Origin: an uncultured Actinomycetes bacterium
GTDB lineage: Bacteria; Actinomycetota; Thermoleophilia; RBG-16-64-13
Reading direction: 5' to 3'
Assembly (NCBI GenBank): GCA_963706025.1
Contig: CAVPLM010000005.1
Coordinates: 96,001-160,000, forward strand
Length of the DNA: 64,000 bases
Shown: piece by piece, positions 60,547 through 64,000 of the stretch
How the letters are laid out: each line of letters starts with the position of its first letter
How positions within the stretch are numbered: the stretch's first letter is position 1
Position numbers and translations under genes: made by a program
Notes under the pieces: model-generated
What the model saw: only the letters and a program-made list of their open reading frames with translations
Databases searched by the model: none
What the model was told of the DNA's origin: nothing

Positions 60547-60972
60547 ATGATGCCCATACGCAAGTCAGAAGCAGTCTGGCGAGGGACCCTCAAAGAGGGC
60601 GCCGGGACCATGAGACTGGCCAGTGGCCGGTACGAGGGGCCCTACACGTACTCGTCCCGGTTCGAGGAGGCGGTAGGCACCAACCCGGAAGAGCTGGTCG
60701 GCGCGGCGCACGCGGGGTGTTTCTCCATGTTCTTGGCGGCGCTGCTGACCGAGAAAGGGTACACACCAGAGAGCGTCCATACCACGGCTGCCGTCCATCT
60801 GGGCGCCGGGCCCACCATCAAGAAGATTGAGCTGGAGTGCGAGGCGACGGTTCCCGGCGTGGGAGAGGCCGACTTCCAGGAGTTGGCAGCGCAGGCGAAG
60901 GCCGAGTGCCCGGTCTCGAAGGCGCTCGCTGCAGTACCGGAGATCGTACTGAGCGCCAAACTGGTCGGCTAA
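60547..60972 (+). CDS. osmC: OsmC family peroxiredoxin
   Basis: AVW.G.LKEG.G, SRFE...GTNPEEL.GAAHAGCFSM, AK..CPVSKAL. Confidence 0.93.
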   Translation: MMPIRKSEAVWRGTLKEGAGTMRLASGRYEGPYTYSSRFEEAVGTNPEELVGAAHAGCFSMFLAALLTEKGYTPESVHTTAAVHLGAGPTIKKIELECEATVPGVGEADFQELAAQAKAECPVSKALAAVPEIVLSAKLVG

Positions 60973-61009
60973 CGCCGTCTTGGGCGGACAAGATGGCGGG
61001 CGCTGCGGC

Positions 61010-61816
61010 GTGACCGCCGAGACGCCTTTGCCTGGCGGCGCAGTCGGCTCCCTTCCGGCTTTCACGGTCCGTGAAAGCCATCGGGCAAGACGTGTCCGCC
61101 TGGTCATGACCGTGCGCGACGGGCTGGTCGTGGTGGTACCGCGGGGTTTCGATCAGAGAGAGATCCCGGCGATAGTCGAGCGGAAGCGGCCCTGGATCGA
61201 ACGGGCGGCGGTTCGGGCTGATGCCAGACGCGCCCGGGTGTCGGCGGAAGATCCGACTGAGCTGCCCGCAGTGCTTGAACTGCGGTGTCTTGGCGCCGAG
61301 TGGGGGGTCGAGTACCTGCCCTCGCGCGCTGGTCCGGGGGCTACCATGAGGACCGCGGTCCGGGAGCGCCCCGGCCGACGGCTCGTCGTGCACGGGGGCT
61401 TGGGCGACGCCGCCGCCTGCCGGGCGGCGCTCCGGCGCTGGCTGGCGCGAAAAGCCCGCACGACCATCGTGCCCCGTCTGGCCGTCTTGGCACATGAACA
61501 CGGGTTTGCGATGGGGCCGATCTCGGTGCGGGCGCAACGGACACGGTGGGCCAGTTGCTCGCGCCGCCGCGTCATCAGTCTCAACGTGAAGCTGCTGTTC
61601 CTGCCGCCGGCGTTGGTCGACTACGTGCTTCTGCACGAGCTTTGCCACACGGTCGTCCCCGACCATTCGCCCGCTTTCTGGGCTCTTCTCGCGGAGCACG
61701 ACCCCGATTGCCGGGTCAAGAGCAAGCTGATGAGAGAAGCGCATCGATACGTCCCGCCCTGGTTCGGCGAACGTGCACTGCGGCCTGGACCGTCTCGCCA
61801 GTCCGCGATACCATAG
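61010..61816 (+). CDS. YgjP/DUF45 (M48-like) zinc metallohydrolase (start approximate)
   Basis: S.RARRVRL, RTRWASCS, DYVLLHELCH (HExxH), HSPAFW. Confidence 0.88.
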   Translation: MTAETPLPGGAVGSLPAFTVRESHRARRVRLVMTVRDGLVVVVPRGFDQREIPAIVERKRPWIERAAVRADARRARVSAEDPTELPAVLELRCLGAEWGVEYLPSRAGPGATMRTAVRERPGRRLVVHGGLGDAAACRAALRRWLARKARTTIVPRLAVLAHEHGFAMGPISVRAQRTRWASCSRRRVISLNVKLLFLPPALVDYVLLHELCHTVVPDHSPAFWALLAEHDPDCRVKSKLMREAHRYVPPWFGERALRPGPSRQSAIP

Positions 61817-61821
61817 GACGG

Positions 61822-61851
61822 CCTTTAAACGAGTCCCGTGAGACCGAAAGG
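61822..61851 (+). promoter_or_regulatory. Second PyrR-binding stem-loop overlapping the pyrC RBS
   Basis: CCTTTAAAC-GAGTCCCGTGAGACC-GAAAGG, near copy of the pyrB box; ends 7 nt before ATG 61859; TACCAT box at 61809-61814. Confidence 0.87.
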
Positions 61852-61858
61852 AACTTGG

Positions 61859-63349
61859 ATGGACACCAGCCCCCGTCCTTCCCCGCCCAGACTCCCCTGC
61901 CGCGCGTTGCCCCCCGAACGATTCCTTCTTTCCGGCGTGCATCTGTTCGATCCTGAGCGCGGTCTCGACCTGGAAGGCGATCTGTTGGTCGAAGACGGGA
62001 AGATCACCGCGCTTGGCAAGGGGGTGAAGCGGCCGGCCGGAGTGGAGGTCCTCGTCGACCTTAGCGGATGCTGGGTGTTCCCGGGGTTCGTGGACCCCCA
62101 CGTCCACCTTCGCACTCCCGGCTACGAATACAAAGAAGACCTGGCCTCCGGCTCGATGGCCGCCGCTGCCGGGGGATACGTCACGGTCGTCGGCATGGCC
62201 AACACCGACCCGGTGGTCGACTCGGGCGCCATCGCTTCCTGGATCCTGGATCAGGCGGCCAAGGAGGCTGTGGTTCGCGTAGGGCAGGTGGGTTCCGTGA
62301 GCAAAGGCCTCAAGGGTGAAGAACTGGCCGAAATGCGGGAACTGGCCGATGCCGGGGTGGTCGCGTTCGCCGACGACGGCCAGCCCCTATCTGACGCCGA
62401 TCTGCTGCTCCACGCCCTTCGCTATGCCCGGGGTACGGGGCGCCCCGTGCTGCTCCATCTCGAGAACAAGAGCCTTTCTCTGGACGGGGTCATGCACGAG
62501 GGCAAATGGAGCGCCCGTCTGGGCCTCCGGGGGATCCCCTCCGCTTGTGAATCAGGGCCGCTGGCCCGCGACCTGGAGATAATCCGCTACGTCGCTGGAG
62601 AAGAGGACCGGCTGGCGGCCGGCCGCACGGCGGTGGAGGAGGCGGCAGGCCACGCGGGTGTGGGCGCGGGCCGCGACAGCGCCCGCTCGGATCGCGGCGC
62701 CGGCGACGGCACCCGCCCAGGCGGCCGCGTTGTGCCCCTCGTCCACTTCCAGCATCTTTCCTCAGCGGACAGCGTGCGCCTGGTGCGCGGCGCCAAGAGC
62801 GAGAGGCTCCCCGTCACCGCGGAAGCCACCCCCTTGCACCTGTTGCTGACCGACGAGCGCCTGGGCAGCTTCGACCAGAATCTCAAGGTGAATCCGCCCA
62901 TCCGTTCAGCGGACGACCGCGAAGCCTTGGTGGCCGCCCTGGCCGACGGGACCATCGACTGCATCGGCACCGACCACGCCCCGCATGCTCCCCAGGAGAA
63001 AGAGGTCCCCATCGAGGACGCCCTGTGTGGCAGCACCGGCCTGGAGACGGCTTTCGCGGCGCTTCACACCGGTCTGGTGCTCACGGGGAAGCTGCCGCTG
63101 GCCCGGCTGGTGGAGGCCATGTCCGGCGCGCCCTGCCGGGTGCTCGGGTTGACGGAGCCTCGCCTGGCCGAGGGCGCGCCCGCCGACTTCTGCGTGGTCG
63201 ATCTCGAGGAGACCTGGGAGGTCACGCCGGCGACTCTGCGGGGCAAGAGCCGCAACTGCGCCTTCCTGGGCGAGACACTCACCGGGCGGGTGCGGCTGAC
63301 CGTCGTAGACGGGGCGCGCCGCTTCGCGCGCGCCCGGGGAGAGGTCTGA
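61859..63349 (+). CDS. pyrC: Dihydroorotase (long type) with a ~40 aa insertion
   Basis: PGFVDPHVHLR.PG, MANT.P, DDG, QHLS, KVNPPIR, TDHAPH, GLET. Confidence 0.95.
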   Translation: MDTSPRPSPPRLPCRALPPERFLLSGVHLFDPERGLDLEGDLLVEDGKITALGKGVKRPAGVEVLVDLSGCWVFPGFVDPHVHLRTPGYEYKEDLASGSMAAAAGGYVTVVGMANTDPVVDSGAIASWILDQAAKEAVVRVGQVGSVSKGLKGEELAEMRELADAGVVAFADDGQPLSDADLLLHALRYARGTGRPVLLHLENKSLSLDGVMHEGKWSARLGLRGIPSACESGPLARDLEIIRYVAGEEDRLAAGRTAVEEAAGHAGVGAGRDSARSDRGAGDGTRPGGRVVPLVHFQHLSSADSVRLVRGAKSERLPVTAEATPLHLLLTDERLGSFDQNLKVNPPIRSADDREALVAALADGTIDCIGTDHAPHAPQEKEVPIEDALCGSTGLETAFAALHTGLVLTGKLPLARLVEAMSGAPCRVLGLTEPRLAEGAPADFCVVDLEETWEVTPATLRGKSRNCAFLGETLTGRVRLTVVDGARRFARARGEV

Positions 63350-64000
63350 TGTACCGGGGCGACGTTCCCGGCTACGTGGTGCTGAGCGACGGCACCGTGT
63401 TCACCGGTTTCGGGTTCGGAGCACAGGGCCAGGTGCTGGGTGAGGTGGTGTTCAACACCGGCATGACCGGATATCAGGAGATCGCCACCGATCCCTCCTA
63501 TCACGGACAGATGGTCACCTTCACCTACCCGATGATCGGCAACTACGGGGCCTCGGACCACCTGCTCGAGTCCGCCGAGGTGCATTCCCGGGCCATCATC
63601 GTGCGGGAGATCAAGAACACCGCCTGGAACGCCACCTGTCCCGAGGCTTGGGTGGATTGGCTGACCGACCGTGGCATCGTGGGAGTGGGGGGGATCGACA
63701 CCCGGGCCCTGACCAGGCGGATCCGAGAGCACGGAGCCATGACCGCCTGCGTCGCGGCCGGACCGGACCTGAGGGTGAACGACCTCCTCGCCGCGACCCA
63801 GGGGTTCCCTTCCATGACGGGCCTTGACCTGGCCAGCGCCGTCACCTGCCGCGAGCCCTACGAATGGGCGCCGGCGCAGGCAGGCCCCGAGGTTGGAGCC
63901 GAGTTCGATGTCGTGGCTGTCGACTACGGGATCAAACGGAGCATCCTCAAGAACCTTGCCGCTGTGGGTTGCCGGGTGACCGTGGTCCCGGCCTTCTGGA
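63349..64000 (+). CDS. carA: Carbamoyl-phosphate synthase small subunit, 3'-truncated by window edge
   Basis: LSDGTVF.G, GEVVFNTGMTGYQE..TDPSY.GQ.VTFTYP.IGNYG, IDTRALTRRIR, DYGIKRSIL. Confidence 0.96.
   Translation, partial: MYRGDVPGYVVLSDGTVFTGFGFGAQGQVLGEVVFNTGMTGYQEIATDPSYHGQMVTFTYPMIGNYGASDHLLESAEVHSRAIIVREIKNTAWNATCPEAWVDWLTDRGIVGVGGIDTRALTRRIREHGAMTACVAAGPDLRVNDLLAATQGFPSMTGLDLASAVTCREPYEWAPAQAGPEVGAEFDVVAVDYGIKRSILKNLAAVGCRVTVVPAFW

Overview
64 kb of high-GC bacterial core genome with about 59 genes, all on the + strand: clpP(partial)-clpX-lon-valS-folC-(Zn-ribbon membrane protein)-ndk-maf-mreBCD-mrdA-rodA-DUF697-radical SAM/TIGR03936 fusion-rng-rplU-rpmA-obgE-proB-proA-nadD-LytR_C protein-ThiF/MoeB-larE-cysE-pcrA, then a dcw cluster (mraZ-rsmH-ftsL-ftsI-murE-murF-mraY-murD-ftsW-murG-murC-murB-ftsQ-ftsZ-pgeF-yggS-sepF-proC-like-divIVA-DUF167-DksA/TraR-lspA-RluA family), HAD-tkt-tal and a pyr cluster (pyrR-pyrB-osmC-YgjP-like-pyrC-carA partial). 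No ftsA in the cluster, SepF plus DivIVA, L27 without Prp, TANNNT/leaderless promoters and high GC suggest a deep-branching actinobacterium such as Thermoleophilia (inference). Eight genes are broken by about 11 single-base insertions, most likely long-read consensus errors. I see no tRNA, rRNA, CRISPR or mobile element and no clear-cut new system. The best leads are (i) a translationally coupled ThiF-LarE-CysE sulfur cassette, (ii) two PyrR boxes over the ribosome-binding sites of pyrB and pyrC, around an inserted OsmC + YgjP-family pair, (iii) large in-frame insertions in Lon, PyrC and other core enzymes, and (iv) a ProC-like protein with degenerate motifs inside the division cluster. Family assignments come from motif recognition by eye; no database searches were run.
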